Shown here piece by piece: positions 40,075-55,048 of a stretch of DNA of 64,000 nucleotides. The notes beneath the pieces were generated by a model that saw nothing but the letters and a program-made list of their open reading frames with translations, searched no databases and was not told where the DNA came from. This DNA is from Octopus sinensis (taxonomy: Eukaryota), in the NCBI RefSeq assembly GCF_006345805.1, contig NC_043006.1, forward strand, positions 41,044,001 through 41,108,000. Direction: 5' to 3'. Made by a program: the position numbers and the translations under genes. Within the stretch, counting starts at the first letter, position 1. Each line of letters opens with the position of its first letter.

Positions 40075-41263
40075 ATACGGGCGTGTGCATTTGTGCGCAC
40101 GTGCGACACTTGTGTGTGTCTGCTAATATTGACATTATATTTAATGTCAGGTTGACACAGTTGAAAGCTGAGATTCTTTGTAGCACATTTATCATTTCTA
40201 CAGATCAAAGTTTCTAACTTGAAAAACATTCAATGTCTCAGAGAAGACCAACAAAAACATCATTGTATATATGTAGCTATATTATATAGCATAACTAATG
40301 TGTATACACTGTCGATAAACTAATTACTGTAGGATTTAAAAAGTGAGAGCATTTCTTATAGACTTGCTGTCTTAAAATCGTAAAAAAATATCAGAGAGGG
40401 GCAAAAATTCGTCACAGCAGCGACCAGCGAGAGAGCTTGACTTAAAAAGGCCGGAATTCGTCTCGTGTTCTTCCCGAAAGACAGGGCTAACACATCAAAG
40501 AGTGCAAAGAAAGTTTGTCTTGATCGAAACCTTGTTTAGACCAAGTTTTTCTTTAAGAGTTCATTCTTCCTACTAGGCGACTCACCGTAGAGGTGAAAAA
40601 AAAAAAAAAAAGCTGCGCATGTAAAACCAAAGAGGGAATACAGAATTATACAAAAAAAAAAAAAATGCGCAGCGCAAACAGTTCATCATCATAAACAAAT
40701 CATCTCCATAGGCTGTAAATGATTATCGTAAAAGACTATTAAAGATTCAGCAATTCCTTGCTGAACCTTTAATATTCTTTTACGATAAGAGAGTCCATCA
40801 AACACACACACCACACACACACATATAAAAACATCTTTATGCATGGTTCTCCGGAGTCAGTTGTCTGATCAGCCAAAACTACCCATATTTAAATTTGATT
40901 CTTTATATCATTATTTCATGTGGAATACCTTGCGACCTTTAATGAAATCCGCAGTATTATTGAACCCCGAAGAGAAACACTAGTACATACATACATACAT
41001 ACATACATACATACATACATACATACATACATACATACATACATGCATGCATGCATACATACATACATACATACAGCCTTGGTTTTTTTTTTTTTATCTC
41101 ATTACGAAAAAAAAATTATATATACACACGCTGACATATGACCAACGTTGAACTCCTTATTCGCATAATCACCGAACCTGGAACTTAACTATAGTCTATC
41201 TATAGCACTTATTCAGCATTACCTGACACCTTTGGGTTTCAATGACACCATTACCTCTCATAA

Positions 41264-41330
<67 letters not shown>

Positions 41331-42502
41331 ATATATATATATATATTTATGTACATATGTATTCTCATTATAGATACATGGTAAAGAATATTAATTTAAT
41401 AATTAATAAATCTTACCAAGTAGCTTCGGTATGGAAAAATAAACCATTATCGATAAAAACTTATACAAAAAGTAAATCTTTATGTACATATGTATATATG
41501 TTTGTATTTCATTGTCAGTATGGAAACTTATAAACCTGCTCTATTATCATAAAACAACTTATAGGTACCAAGTCAATATTATATCATAATATGGAACAGA
41601 CAACATTCATATCAGTCAACACGTCACATTATGCTATACACTGACCTGTGTATTCAAATGTTGGCACAAGGACAGCAATTGCGGGGGAGCATTCAACTGA
41701 TACTTATTTTATCGACCCCGAAAGAATGAAAGACAAAGTCGTCGACTTCAGCCGAGTTTGACCTCAAAACATAGAGACAGATGAAATGCAGCTAAGCATT
41801 TTGGCCGGCTTGCAAACGATTCTGCCACGATTCTGCCTTAGGTATAATATAAATAAAACATCTTACAAAATACGATAAAGCAATAACACTAAACTAGCGC
41901 GCCTTTGTTCAATCTGCTAGAAATAGACGATCAATCTTCCTCAAATCACGCATTTTTACAAATGATGGTCGTGTTTCAAAATGCGGGATTTGGTATGTTA
42001 TGCTTGAACGAATGGACGGCATTGTCATGGGTGGAACGCTTTTGATCACAAGTTTGGTCCATTCGATTAATTTTTATATATAGAATCGATAAAATTGCAA
42101 TTGATTTTTATGGAACTTAATGTGTAGCTGTGAGTAGCTGTATGTGTATATATGTGTGCGTGTGCGTGTGAGTGTGTATGTGTGTGAGTGTGTGTGTATG
42201 CGTGAGTGTGTATGTGTGTGTAATTATGTGTATGAATGCGTCTATGTGCAAATATCTACTTACGTAAGAAAGTATGTGAGTGTATAGGTGTGTGTTTATG
42301 TGTGTACATGAAAGTAAGTCACAAGACGTTTCTTCTCATCTCCTTAATGCCTACAGTATGTCTTAAGTATTTACTTACGATGCGTGCCAGCTAGTTATGT
42401 ATGTTTATTTATATAGACACACATACACATATGTATATAACTTGCATTCGTGCGCATACAAGCCAGGGTGAATTTTCATGTCTGAATATTTTGGGTTTCA
42501 GG

Positions 42503-42547
<45 letters not shown>

Positions 42548-42548
<1 letters not shown>

Positions 42549-42758
42549 TTTTTTTTTTCTCTTTTTCTTCTTCCTCTCCCCCTTTTTTTTTAACCCCCCT
42601 TTTTTTTGTCCTCTTTCTCTCCTTTTACGATCCCTTTTGATCGAAACTCCCCCTTCCTATTTTTTTTTTTTTTTTTTTTTTTTTTAACCTTCAAAAGAAA
42701 AGCTCTACCTTGTAATTTGTTCTATCTGTGTGCAGCCCTGTGTGGCTAATAAAGAAAC
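42548..42758 (+). mobile_element. Tx1/L1-clade LINE 3' UTR only, copy 3, flanked by (TATC)n
   Basis: ttttacgatcccttttgatcgaaa...aaagctctaccttgtaa...aataaagaaac. Confidence 0.9.
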
Positions 42759-42759
42759 A

Positions 42760-42805
<46 letters not shown>

Positions 42806-43207
42806 CTCTTTCACGTATAACATTATATATATCTATCTATATTATTTTATTCTTTCACACGTTTCAGTCATATAATTGCGGCGGTGCTCCAGCATGACCG
42901 CAATCATATGACTGAACAAATCGACCCAAAACTTATTCTATCGGTCGCTTTTGCCGAACCGCTGAGTTACGAGGACATAAACTCACTAATACCGGTTGTC
43001 AAGAGACGGTGGAGGGAAAAACACAGACGCACAAGAACATACACACGCGCACATACACATGCACACACACACACACACACACACGACGGGTTTCTTTCAG
43101 TTTCCGAGGCTATAGTAGAAAACACTTACCCAAGATGCCACGCTGTGGGACTGAACCCAGAACCATATGGTTGGGAAGCAAGCTTCTTACCACACAGCCA
43201 ACATCAT

Positions 43208-43254
<47 letters not shown>

Positions 43255-43321
43255 TATATATATCTGTGCGTATAAAAATATCTATATCTATCTATCTATC
43301 TATATATATCTATCTATCTAT

Positions 43322-43362
<41 letters not shown>

Positions 43363-43363
43363 G

Positions 43364-43407
<44 letters not shown>

Positions 43408-44172
43408 ACACACACACACACACACACACACATTATATATAATATATATATATATATGTATTTATATAATATATGTAATTTGTATATATATATATATATA
43501 TGTATATGCACATACACACGCATGAATACTGTCTCTCACTCTTACTCTCCTTTTCTTTCCCTTTGTATCCACGTTTACAAGAAATATTGTAACAGATTAA
43601 AAGATGGCTGCGAAAAGTTCGTGCTTGTGTGTGCGTGTGTGTGTGCGTGTGCGTTTCTGTGACTCTGTTCGTCTGTGAGCAGAAATGTGTTCGTCAATGA
43701 TGGCTTTGTGAGTATTAAAAGTACGAGCCTTTGTATCTCTGTATGTATGTATGTATGTATGTATGTATGTATGTATGTATGTATGTATGTATGTATGTAT
43801 GTATGTATGCATGTATGTACGTATGTAACCTGTGGGGTTACCATGCTGTATGAAACGGTGTAGTAATCAGACGACATTTTTCTCTATACGGAGCTAGTGA
43901 TGGTAGAAGGATTGGTTCAGTGATGTAGTAGTGACTGAGGATGGTGTGTCGCTATCGGTGTGTTAATAACCCGTTGTACTATGGGTACAAGGCCTGACAT
44001 TTTGCGCGAGTTGATTACATCAGCTAGCCTCCTCTGCCAAAATTTCAGGCCTTCGACCCCGAAAGCATAAAAGAGGAAGTCAACCGCGGCGGAATTTGAA
44101 CTCAGAAAGTAAAGACAGAAAAAAAGGGAATTTTTCCCGGCATGCTAATGATTCTGCCAGCTGGAAACCTTA

Positions 44173-44232
<60 letters not shown>

Positions 44233-44233
<1 letters not shown>

Positions 44234-44414
44234 GGCGTAGGAGTGGCTGTGTGGTAAGTAGCTTGCTTAGAAACCCCATGGTCCCGGGTTCAGTCCCACT
44301 GCATGGCACCTTAGGCAAGTGTCTTCTACTATAGCCTCGGGCCGACCAAAGCCTTGTGAATGGATTTGGTTGACGGAAACTGAAAGAAGCCTGTCGTATA
44401 TATATATATATATC

Positions 44415-44477
<63 letters not shown>

Positions 44478-45035
44478 ATATATATATGTATGTATATATA
44501 TATATATATATGTACGTGTGTGTATAAGTTTGTATGTCTGTGTTTGTCCCCCAGCATCACTTGACAACCGATGCTGGTGTGTTTACGTCCCCGTAACTTA
44601 GCGGTTCGGCAAAAAATGACTATAGCCATGCTGGAGCACTGCCTTTAGTCGAGCAAATCGACTCCAGGACTTATTCTTTGTAAGCCTAGTACTTATTCTA
44701 TCAGTCTCTTTAGCAGAACCGCTAAGTTACGGGGACGTAAACACAGCAGCATCAGTTGTCAAGCGATGTTGGGCGGACAAACACAAACACACAAACATAC
44801 ACACACACACACACACACACAGAGACACACACACGCACGCACACACACACACACCACACACACACACACACACACTCTCACATATACATATATACATATA
44901 TACGACGGGCTTCTTTCAGTTTCCGTCTACCAAATCCACTCACAAATCTAGCCCAAGGTGCCACGCAGTGGGAATGAACTCGGAAGCATGTGGTTCGTAA
45001 GCAAGCTACTTACCACACAGCCACTCCTACGCCTA
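44233..45035. mobile_element. Two SINE A copies fused tail to tail (plus 44233-44620, minus 44625-45035)
   Basis: Consensus read in opposite orientations. Confidence 0.85.
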
Positions 45036-45084
45036 TAAAAATATGAAACGCTTCATGAATTTGCGTGTCATCTTTACGTCCTTC

Positions 45085-45704
45085 TTACTAAAGGCAGAAG
45101 GCCTGAAATTTGAGGTGAGTGAACTAGTCGATCACATCGACTCCAGTGTTTCACTGGTACTCAATTTGTCGACCCCGAAATGATGAAAGGCAAAGTCGGC
45201 CGCGGCGGAATTTGAACACAGAATCGTTAAGACAGATGAAACACCGCGAAGCATTTTGCCAGACCGATTCTGCCCACTCGCCGCCTTTGGGTGCATTAAT
45301 TATGCCGGTATTATTAATGACACAGTTAAGTGGCGAGCTGGCAGAAACGTTAGCTCGCCTGGCGAAGTGCTTAGCGGTATTTCGTCTATCTGTACGTTCT
45401 GAGTTCAAATTCCGCCGAGGTCGACTTTGCCTTTCATCCTACGGGGTCGATAAATTAAGTACTGGGGTCGATGTTATCGACTTAATCCGTTTATCTGTCC
45501 TTGTTTGTTTCCTCTATGTTTAGCCCCTTGTGGGTAATAAAGAAACAGGTATTTCGTCTGCCGCTACGTTCTGAGTTCAAACTATGCTTTTTACCTTTCA
45601 GGGTCGATGAAATATGTACCAGGGAAACACTGGGATCGATGTAATCGAGCAGTCCCCTCTCCCCAAAATTGTGCCGTTGTGGAAAAATTTGAAATCGTTA
45701 TTAC

Positions 45705-45749
<45 letters not shown>

Positions 45750-45960
45750 GAAGACGGTGTGCTAGCAGAATCGTTAGCACACCGGGCTAAATGCTTAGCG
45801 GTATTTCGTCTGCCGCTAGGTTCAAATCCTCCGAGGTCTACTATACTTTGCATCCTTTCGGGGTCGATAACATGCATACCAGTTACGCACTGAGGTCGAT
45901 GTAATCTGCTAGCCCCCTTCCTCCAAAATTTTCAAGGCCCTTTGCCTAGAGTAGAAATAA
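45085..45960. mobile_element. SINE B cluster (one minus copy, one plus dimer, one plus copy)
   Basis: Junction aaagaaacagg|tatttcgtctg at ~45549. Confidence 0.85.
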
Positions 45961-46094
45961 TTATTAATGATACAGTTGTTTTTCGTCACAGGTCTACTCT
46001 GATTGAGTAGAGAAACTTATGATGAAGAAGTGTTCCAAATGTGACCATCGCATATTTTTGTATGCTAAAGGATACATTATGTTATGTGTTACTA

Positions 46095-46946
46095 TTTTAC
46101 TCTTTTACTTGTTTCAGTCATTTGACTGCGGCCATGCTGGAGCACGGCCTTTTTAGTCGAGCAAATCGACCCCAGGACTTATTCTTTGTAAGCTTAGTAC
46201 TTATTCTATCGGTCTCTTTTGCCGAACCGCTAAGTTACGATGACGTAAACACACCAGCATCGGTTGTCAAGCGATGTTGGGTGGACAAACACAGACACAG
46301 ACACATACACACACACACACAGAATTGATGGCGTTGGTGCTACAAATGTTGATTTTGATGGTGATGTTGTTGTCGTTAACTCCTGGTCAGTCCATTATCA
46401 GGAAGTCATACGATGAAAGCATGCCAGCTGTGACAACCCCGACATTTTAGGTGTATGTAGGACTATATCTTCTTTTATCTTTTACTTGTTTCAGTCATTG
46501 GGCTGAGGCCATACTGAGGGCACCGCTTGAAGGGTTATAGCCGTCTTTTTTGCCGAACTGGTAAGTTATTGGGAAGTAACCAAACCAACACAGGTTGTTA
46601 AGCGTTGGTGTGGGACGAACACATGCACAAAGGCACACTCATAGATGTATACAAAAGCACACACATATATATCTATATATGTGTATGAGTGTGTGTGTGT
46701 GTGTGTGTGTGTCGCGCAGGCGCGTATATATATATATATATACTCTGGTCTCTCTTTTTACTCTTTTACTTGTCTCAGTCATTTGACTGCGGCCATGCTG
46801 GAGCACCGCCTTTAATCGAGCAACTCGACCCCGGGACTTATTCTTTTGTAAGCCCAATACTTATTCTATCGGTCTCTTTTGCCGAACCGCTAAGTAACGG
46901 GGACATAAAACCACCAGCATCGGTTGTCACACACAAATACACACCA

Positions 46947-46987
<41 letters not shown>

Positions 46988-47041
46988 TATATATTATATA
47001 TATATATTATATATATATATATATATATATCATATATATAT

Positions 47042-47079
<38 letters not shown>

Positions 47080-47310
47080 TATAATATATTTATATATATA
47101 TATATGTATAATATATATATATATATATACATCTATATCTATCTATATCTATATACGAGGCTTCATTCAGTTTCCGTCTACCAAATCCACTTATATAGCA
47201 TTGGTCTCTCCGAGGCTATAGTAGAGGACATTATCCCAAGGTGCCACGCAGTGGGACTGAACCTGGAAACATGTGGCTAGGAAGCAAGCTTCTTCGCACA
47301 CAGTCACACC
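46095..47310 (-). mobile_element. SINE A cluster, including a copy with an expanded internal (TA)n
   Basis: Repeated cttgtttcagtcatttgactgcggccatgctggagcac tails. Confidence 0.85.
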
Positions 47311-48958
47311 TATAATATATTCCTTTCTGAAATAGCAGGATTTCAGAGACATGTAGCTACCACTTCTAGAAGATCAAGCGATCAAATTTGAAACTCGTTG
47401 GCCTTTTGGTGGTGATGTCGAAACTGGTGGTCTTGGTGATGATGGTGTTGCTGATGCTGATGATGCTGTTGGTGGTGGTGATGATGTGATGGTGGTGGGG
47501 TGGTGGTGCTGACGCTAGTGCTGGTGGGATAATGAGTGGCAGTGTTAAAAACGTTGTTGTTGCTGCTGCTGTTGTTGTTTTCTCAGTGTCAAACCTCATT
47601 GAATAGATCTCCATGGTCAAAGACTTTCCAGGCACGACCAGTCCGTATGTTTTCCAATGTACAAGAAACCAAGAACAACATCATCTAATGTGTGTTTATC
47701 TAAGACAGTAAGGGTGTAATTTGAGGGAGATATGGCTGCTATTTCTAGCACTTGCACAGAGGCTTCCTCGCTGGTTTGTGATAGGAGTGTTGTTGAGCAA
47801 TGGCGTAGAAGACTCCGGTCGTCATCGCGGTGATTACATCAGTAAAAGAGTTGATGGTGGAGGTTATGATATCGTAGCGGTGGGGGTTATGATATTGTGG
47901 GTGTTTTGCGTGTGTATGTGTGGCGAACGGGGATGTATCAGAGGCGAGGGTGATCATGTTTATAGTATGAATGCTATTTCACTGTTTAATGTTACTGGTG
48001 ATGCCGAAGGTGGTGGTGGCGGTAGAGAACAATATGGACGATGATATTTTGGAAAGGAAGGTGACGGTAGTCGTAAAGATGGCGGCCGTGTTAGGCCTAA
48101 AATGTTGTTCTTGTTGTTGGTGTTTGTGATGGTAGTGGGAGGCGAGCTATAGAAGTGAAATTGATTTAGCACGAGTTGAAAGACATTCGGACAGTTAAGT
48201 AAGTTAACATAGTATATTGCGAAGTGCGATAGAGAAGAAGATGAGAGCCAAGAAGGATGGCGTAAGAGGAGGGAAATATAAAGAGAAGAAATGTGAGGAA
48301 AAAAAAGAAAGAAATGTAAAAGGAATGTAAAGATGGGATGGGAGAAGAGTGGGATAAAAAAAGCGAAGGGAAATATAAAGAAGGTGATGAAAAACGAAGA
48401 TTGAAAGAGAGTGCAAGGTAAAATAAAGAAGAAACGAGAAAATTTCTGAAGAAAATAAGGAAATAAAATAAAATAAAATAAAAACTAACGGAGAAAAGTG
48501 GATGAAAGACAGGAAAATTAAAGAAGAAACTAAGAACTGACGAAATGATAGATTGATAGAAAATATGAGAAAGAGAAGACGACGAATAAGTTTCTGATGT
48601 TGTTTAGCTCTGGACTTAACCTTCTCAAATAGTTTACCTATGATCAATAGTCAGTACCATTTCATCTTATTTTCAGAAATATTCTATTTAGGACTATATT
48701 ATTTGAATATGTTGATTAATTCCAGTTTTAAGGCAATGTGCTTGTGGTTTGAGGGGATGGGGAATTGACTGCTATTTCTCGCAGACTGATGGCTCGTTCG
48801 GAGCACACAAATACACCACTGATTCTTTCACTAAAAACGGTGAAAGTCATATTTTACATTCTATGTGTCAATATTTTTCACGCATGATTTCAGATATATT
48901 ATACAAGTCTTATACTGCCATTTAATTCTTGTACAAAATATGTTTACACACACACACG

Positions 48959-49005
<47 letters not shown>

Positions 49006-49237
49006 GTATATATGTATATATATATATCTATATACATATACATCTAGATAAATGTGCGTGTGTATATATACTTATATGTATTTATATATGTATGTACATA
49101 TTCATATTTATAGATACATACATACAAACATACATGCATACATAAATACATATAAATATCATTTAAAGTACATAGTATAAAGGTACGTGCTACTCAAAGT
49201 TTCTTGCTCTGGAGTCACGGGTCTAGAGAGGTTTCTA

Positions 49238-50096
<859 letters not shown>

Positions 50097-50114
50097 ATTA
50101 TCTATCTATCTATC

Positions 50115-50591
50115 GTGAATATTGTCGTGCCTCCTTCCTTGAAACGGGAAGGAAAAGCCATTTTCATCGTACTTGTGGCTATGGCGAAAGAATGTGTATC
50201 GTGGACGCGTCTGAAAAGTCTAGAGGCAAACACTTTCCTCTCTGGTCAATCTCTCATCAACTTCTTCAAGTATCTCTTGAAGCGGAAGGTGAGAGTAGAG
50301 AGGGAAGTTTTGTCTAGTGACTGTTTCAAAAAAAGATGCGTGAATGTAGCAAGGATGGCACGTGTGAATGAGAGAGTCAGCATGAACATAATCCTATGAA
50401 CCAAAAAAAAAAAAAAAACCAAAGGAAAAAAGAGAGCCACTACCTGTAATGTGTTTTCTTTTTGCATGACACTATTGCCAAAAGTTCACACGGTCTTTTC
50501 CGTAGGCTTTTCTATCCACGGACAAACCAGTTTTCCCTTTTTGCATTGCATTTCTGTGATACACGATCCCTAATGATCGTCCCCACTTTTT

Positions 50592-50592
<1 letters not shown>
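50115..50592 (+). mobile_element. Tx1/L1-clade LINE fragment, copy 4, flanked by (TATC)n and lacking the distal 3' UTR
   Basis: [29 protein letters not shown]... Confidence 0.9.
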
Positions 50593-50679
<87 letters not shown>

Positions 50680-50934
50680 CAAATGCAAAATAGACACACA
50701 TAGTTTTATACTTGAGTGGTACATTATTTAACAATCTCAAAGTAATGAAAGGAACGGCGGCCACGGAAAGATCTGAACTCAAAGAACAGATTGGCGGAAC
50801 GAACAGCAACCCAAAGAGCAGATTGCCAGAACAAACAGTTCACTGGTCTAATAACTACTAATTCACTGATGTATTCCGTATTGGTGGATGTGGTATTTGT
50901 CTGGTCTTAACGCTGAAGTGTGGATTAGATGTGC

Positions 50935-51595
50935 AGAAAGGATGAAAGGCAAAATCGACTTCGGCGGAATTTGAACTCAGAATTTAGCGGCAGACGAAAT
51001 ACCTATTTCTTTACTACCCACAAGGGGCTAAAAATAGAGAGGACAAACAAGGACAGACAAACGGATTAAGTCGATCATATCGACCCCAGTGCGTAACAGG
51101 TACTTATTTAATCGACCTCGAAAGGATGAAAGGCAAAGTCGACCTCGGCGGAATTTGAACTCAGAACGTAGCGGCAGACGAAATACCTATTTCTTTATTA
51201 CCCACAAGGGGCTAAACACAGAGGGGACAAACAAGGACAGACATAGGTATTAAATCGATTACATCGACCCCAGAGCGTAACTGGTACTTAATTTATCGAC
51301 CCCGAAAGGATGAAAGGCAAAGTCGACCTCGGCGGAATTTGAACTCACAACGTAACGGCAGACGAAATACCGCAAGGCATTTCGCCCGGCGTGCTAGCGT
51401 TTCTGCCAGCTCACCGCCTTCTTGTAGTGTAATAATAAAACCGGTTAAGGCTTCAACATAAACGTAGATTTCTGAGTTCAAATTCCGCCGAGGTCGACTT
51501 TACCTTTCATCCTTTCGGCGTTGATAGATTAAGTACCAGTTACGTACTGGGGTCGATCTAAATATTTCGGGCCTTGTGCCTAGTGTAGAAATGAA
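50935..51595. mobile_element. SINE B multimer (minus, 184-bp period) plus an adjacent plus-strand partial copy
   Basis: Identical junctions at ~51002 and ~51186. Confidence 0.9.
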
Positions 51596-52002
51596 CATAA
51601 TCGCAGTTTCGCAGAGACGATGGTTGAGGTATTTCTCTGCTCTAACATGATGATGCGGTTTGGCCTGACATTCATTTATAGTTGTGAACACCATCCACGT
51701 AGCGCAAAATTCTTAGATTGTGCTACTTTCAGAAATGATGCAATGCTAACAGCGTAGAAATGTTAGCAATAAAATTTACGTCTTAACCACTCCCGCTACT
51801 CTCTTTCTTTTAATATATTTAAAAGCATACGGCACCCCGCCAACACATATATACAGAGGCATAGGAATATACGGACATACATGTATACATACATGTGTAT
51901 ATGTGTTTCTATACGTATATATGTACATACATACATGTATATTTGTGTCTGTATATATATATATGTGTGTGTGTATATATATATAAAATATAATATATCA
52001 TG

Positions 52003-52045
<43 letters not shown>

Positions 52046-52149
52046 TCCTGAGTGACTTAATTATATGTTACCAAGCCGTATGCATGGCATGGCACTAAGA
52101 AAACACAGCAAATGACACAGCAAATGCTGCAATGCACATACTGTAGTAT

Positions 52150-53729
52150 GTTGTAATTCGAACCTGATAGGAGAGTAACAATTCATGGAGTTGCGATGTA
52201 CATCCAGGAAGACGCTACGTCTGCAGTCTTGCTGTCGCACGCAAATTCAGTTTGTGACACACTGATAGTTAAGCAGATCAATATGAAAATATGTTCTACA
52301 TATCGCCCACCAGACACTCCAAGTCACGGGGACTCATTTGAAGAGAGCCTAAAAAATGATGGAGGATGTATAAACCAACCTAAATGACAGCCTTCACATA
52401 CTTCTAAGTAACTTCTAGGTAAAAATGTCGAATGGCCAGGGGGCGCCTTCTCTCAGGTTTGTCAGTGCATGAGCAGAGGCAGAGTAGGCAGTCTCTTCTT
52501 GATGTTACAGACATGATTTTCATGGAGCAAATAGTGTTTCACCCAACAAAAGGTACAGCACTCATCCATAATGTTATGGTGAGACCAACGATTTTCTTAG
52601 ACTACAAAGTATGGTATGAGGAAAACTGTAGGCCTGCAGTCTGTTTGAAGCATCCGACCTATGAAATTTCATAAAGATAATTGAAAAGGTATTCAGAAAA
52701 GCGTCTTGGGAAAAAATGTGAGTTAGCCTTTCTACACTGGATATTGACAAATCTACAACATTTCATGACAATCCTGCATGACATTGGCTGTAAGTTGGAC
52801 CGGCAGAAAAACTTAATTCCCAGCAATAGGAAAATTCTACAAAGATCTCAAAGCATTTAAATGGGCCACAAAAGGATGGTGAGGAAATCCATCTCAAACG
52901 AGTTCTGCTTGGGATTGAAAGTGAAATCAACATTCTCATGTAAAGGAGAGGGAAGAAAAAGAATCCAAGGATCTCAAAAATGTAAAGGCATACCTTAAAG
53001 CCGTTTATAGATTTGAAGAGGAGTGTGCTTCAGTACAGAGTCAAGATAGGGTCACTGTTCGAAGATTGAGTCAAGACAGAGTCACTGTTTGAAGTGAGGA
53101 TAAGTGAAATAGTGAATGTGTAATACAAAAGTGTTTCATCGTCTCCGCTGGAACACTTGCAAATATGCCTGAGATGTTCGACACCTCAGTACTAATTATC
53201 GATTATATCGGATTAGAAATTAACGTAATATTATCCATTGATGAAATGGGCTTAAATTAGCCAATGAGCTGGATGGATTCCCGGCAATTCTCCTAACAAA
53301 TTCAAAGAAGCACTAACAATACTGCTGTATCTTTGCAAGTCGTAGATTTCCAAGGCATATGTCCTATCTATAAAGGAGAAAGCAGAACGGATGCTAAAAA
53401 TTATGAGCCAGAGCGGAGGCCATCTTGAGTATCGGAGAGCAAGTTATTTTCTTCTAGGAACGTGGTCAGCTTCCTCCTGATAAATCATTCCATGACTTTG
53501 CTGACATGTGAGGTTAGAGAGACAGGCCCTTAATTTTTAGTACTCGTTCTACTTTCTCCTTTATAGATAAGACATATGCCTTTCTTCAACTTCCTTGGAA
53601 ATCTACGTCGTGCAAAGACAAGCTGGAGGAAGATCTATAGTGGTTTTGTTAGTGCTTCTTTGTAATTTTTAGGAGAATTGCCGGGAATCCATCCAGACCA
53701 CTGTCTAATTTAAGCCTATTTCATCAATC
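52150..53729 (+). mobile_element. Decayed CR1/Jockey-group LINE (APE endonuclease to RT start) with an inverted second copy of the RT N-terminal segment
   Basis: GVAMYIQED...ICSTYRPPDT (APE-like); LDGFPAILL..KEALT..IYKGESR (RT start); 53236-53405 is mirrored at 53530-53729. Confidence 0.75.
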
Positions 53730-53914
53730 AACTTCTTTAAGTTGTAAAGAGATTTACTTCTTCGAAGCACACTGTCAAGGAGTTTTAACTTTGATGATGA
53801 AGTGAATGCGACGATAGTAAAATCTGCTTTGTCTTTTTACTCCTCATCACATGGTTTAGAAAAGATTAGTATGATTATAAAAGTCAAACTCGATATATAA
53901 AAAGCTGTTCTGGT

Positions 53915-54285
53915 GACTATACTACATTTTGGTTGTGAAACACTGGACAATTTACCACAGACATGCCGAAAAGCTTAACTACTTCAACTTCTGACTTCTG
54001 CAAAAAATTCAAAACATCAGGTAGCAGGATAAGTTTTCCCAATAAAACAGTGTTCGAGAGAGTTGATATGTCAAATATGTATACTTTACTAGGCAAATAC
54101 CATCTGCGGTGGAAATGTAGTTCGCATCCCTGACTCCAGACTCTCCAAACACATCTTCTTTGGCGAACTAGCAGTTGGTTCTCGGTCAAAGGAGAGACAC
54201 AAGAGCATGTTTAAGACAATCTGGAAAAAGCGTAGCGCAGATCCATCTACTTGGGAACATTTATGGCACGTAAGAGGCCCACTGA
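53915..54285 (+). mobile_element. RTE-like LINE RT C-terminal remnant
   Basis: GCET/WTIYHRHAE...LLGKYHLRW...RLSKHIFFGELAVGSRSKER. Confidence 0.7.
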
Positions 54286-54574
54286 TTTATTTCGTGCCTC
54301 TACTGTAATCGCCGATTCCATGCCAGAGTCAAGTTTTGGCTGGTATATCTAGCATGGTGGTATCTCTTAGATACCCTTAATTATAATTTTAATAATAATT
54401 ATTACCTATGAGGTTTTTATTACCATACTAGCGACCTGATAAGTCCCGGGGTCGAGTTGCTCGACTAAAAAGGCGGTGCTCCAGCATGGCCGCAGTCAAA
54501 TGACTGAAACAAGTAAAAGAGTAAAAGAGTAGTATGTATGTATTTAAGTATGTATTTATGTTCCATTTGCGTAT

Positions 54575-54633
54575 ATTCCACTGATGAAGGCAAAACATTT
54601 CTTATGCAGAGTCAGAAATCCAGGATTTGGAAT
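54575..54633 (+). ncRNA. Candidate type-I hammerhead ribozyme with canonical core
   Basis: ATTCCA-CTGATGA-A-GGC..GTC-A-GAAA-TCCAGGA-TT-TGGAAT; lies between 63-bp direct repeats. Confidence 0.6.
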
Positions 54634-55005
54634 TATCCAATACTTTTTTCTTTTTTGTTAGTTTTATTTTGTCTCTTTGTCTTCTCTCCTGGTGCTGTAT
54701 GAGCATTTATTGTGGCTTTAGAGTCAAGTTTTGGCTGCTAAATCTAGCATGGTGGTATCTCTTAGACATCCTTAATTACAATACACACACACACGCGTAT
54801 GTGTGTGTGTGTGTGTGTGTGCGTGTGTGTGTGTGCATTTGTTTGTATGTATGCATAATGGATTCAAACCAAATAATGATGTTTTGAAAGCTTTTATGAC
54901 GAATGTTTCAGATCATTGCTTAATATTTACCTGGAAATACATCCCTTACGTAAGACCCCTTCTCGATTAATACATTTCAAAATATAAACCAGCCGATGGA
55001 ATTCT

Positions 55006-55048
<43 letters not shown>

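Noticed and set aside
44145-44567. Recurrent peptide ASFSFR.PNP.TRLWS.RGYSRRHLPKVP.SGTEPGTMW in several ORFs
   Set aside because: Antisense translation of SINE A, not a protein family
47366-48647. ORFs rich in T/H/V/G or F/L
   Set aside because: Degenerate (GGT/GAT)n and purine-rich low-complexity DNA with no domain signal
50935-51420. Regularly spaced repeats resembling a CRISPR array
   Set aside because: Whole 184-bp units are repeated with no unique spacers, there are no cas genes and the context is eukaryotic; these are SINE multimers
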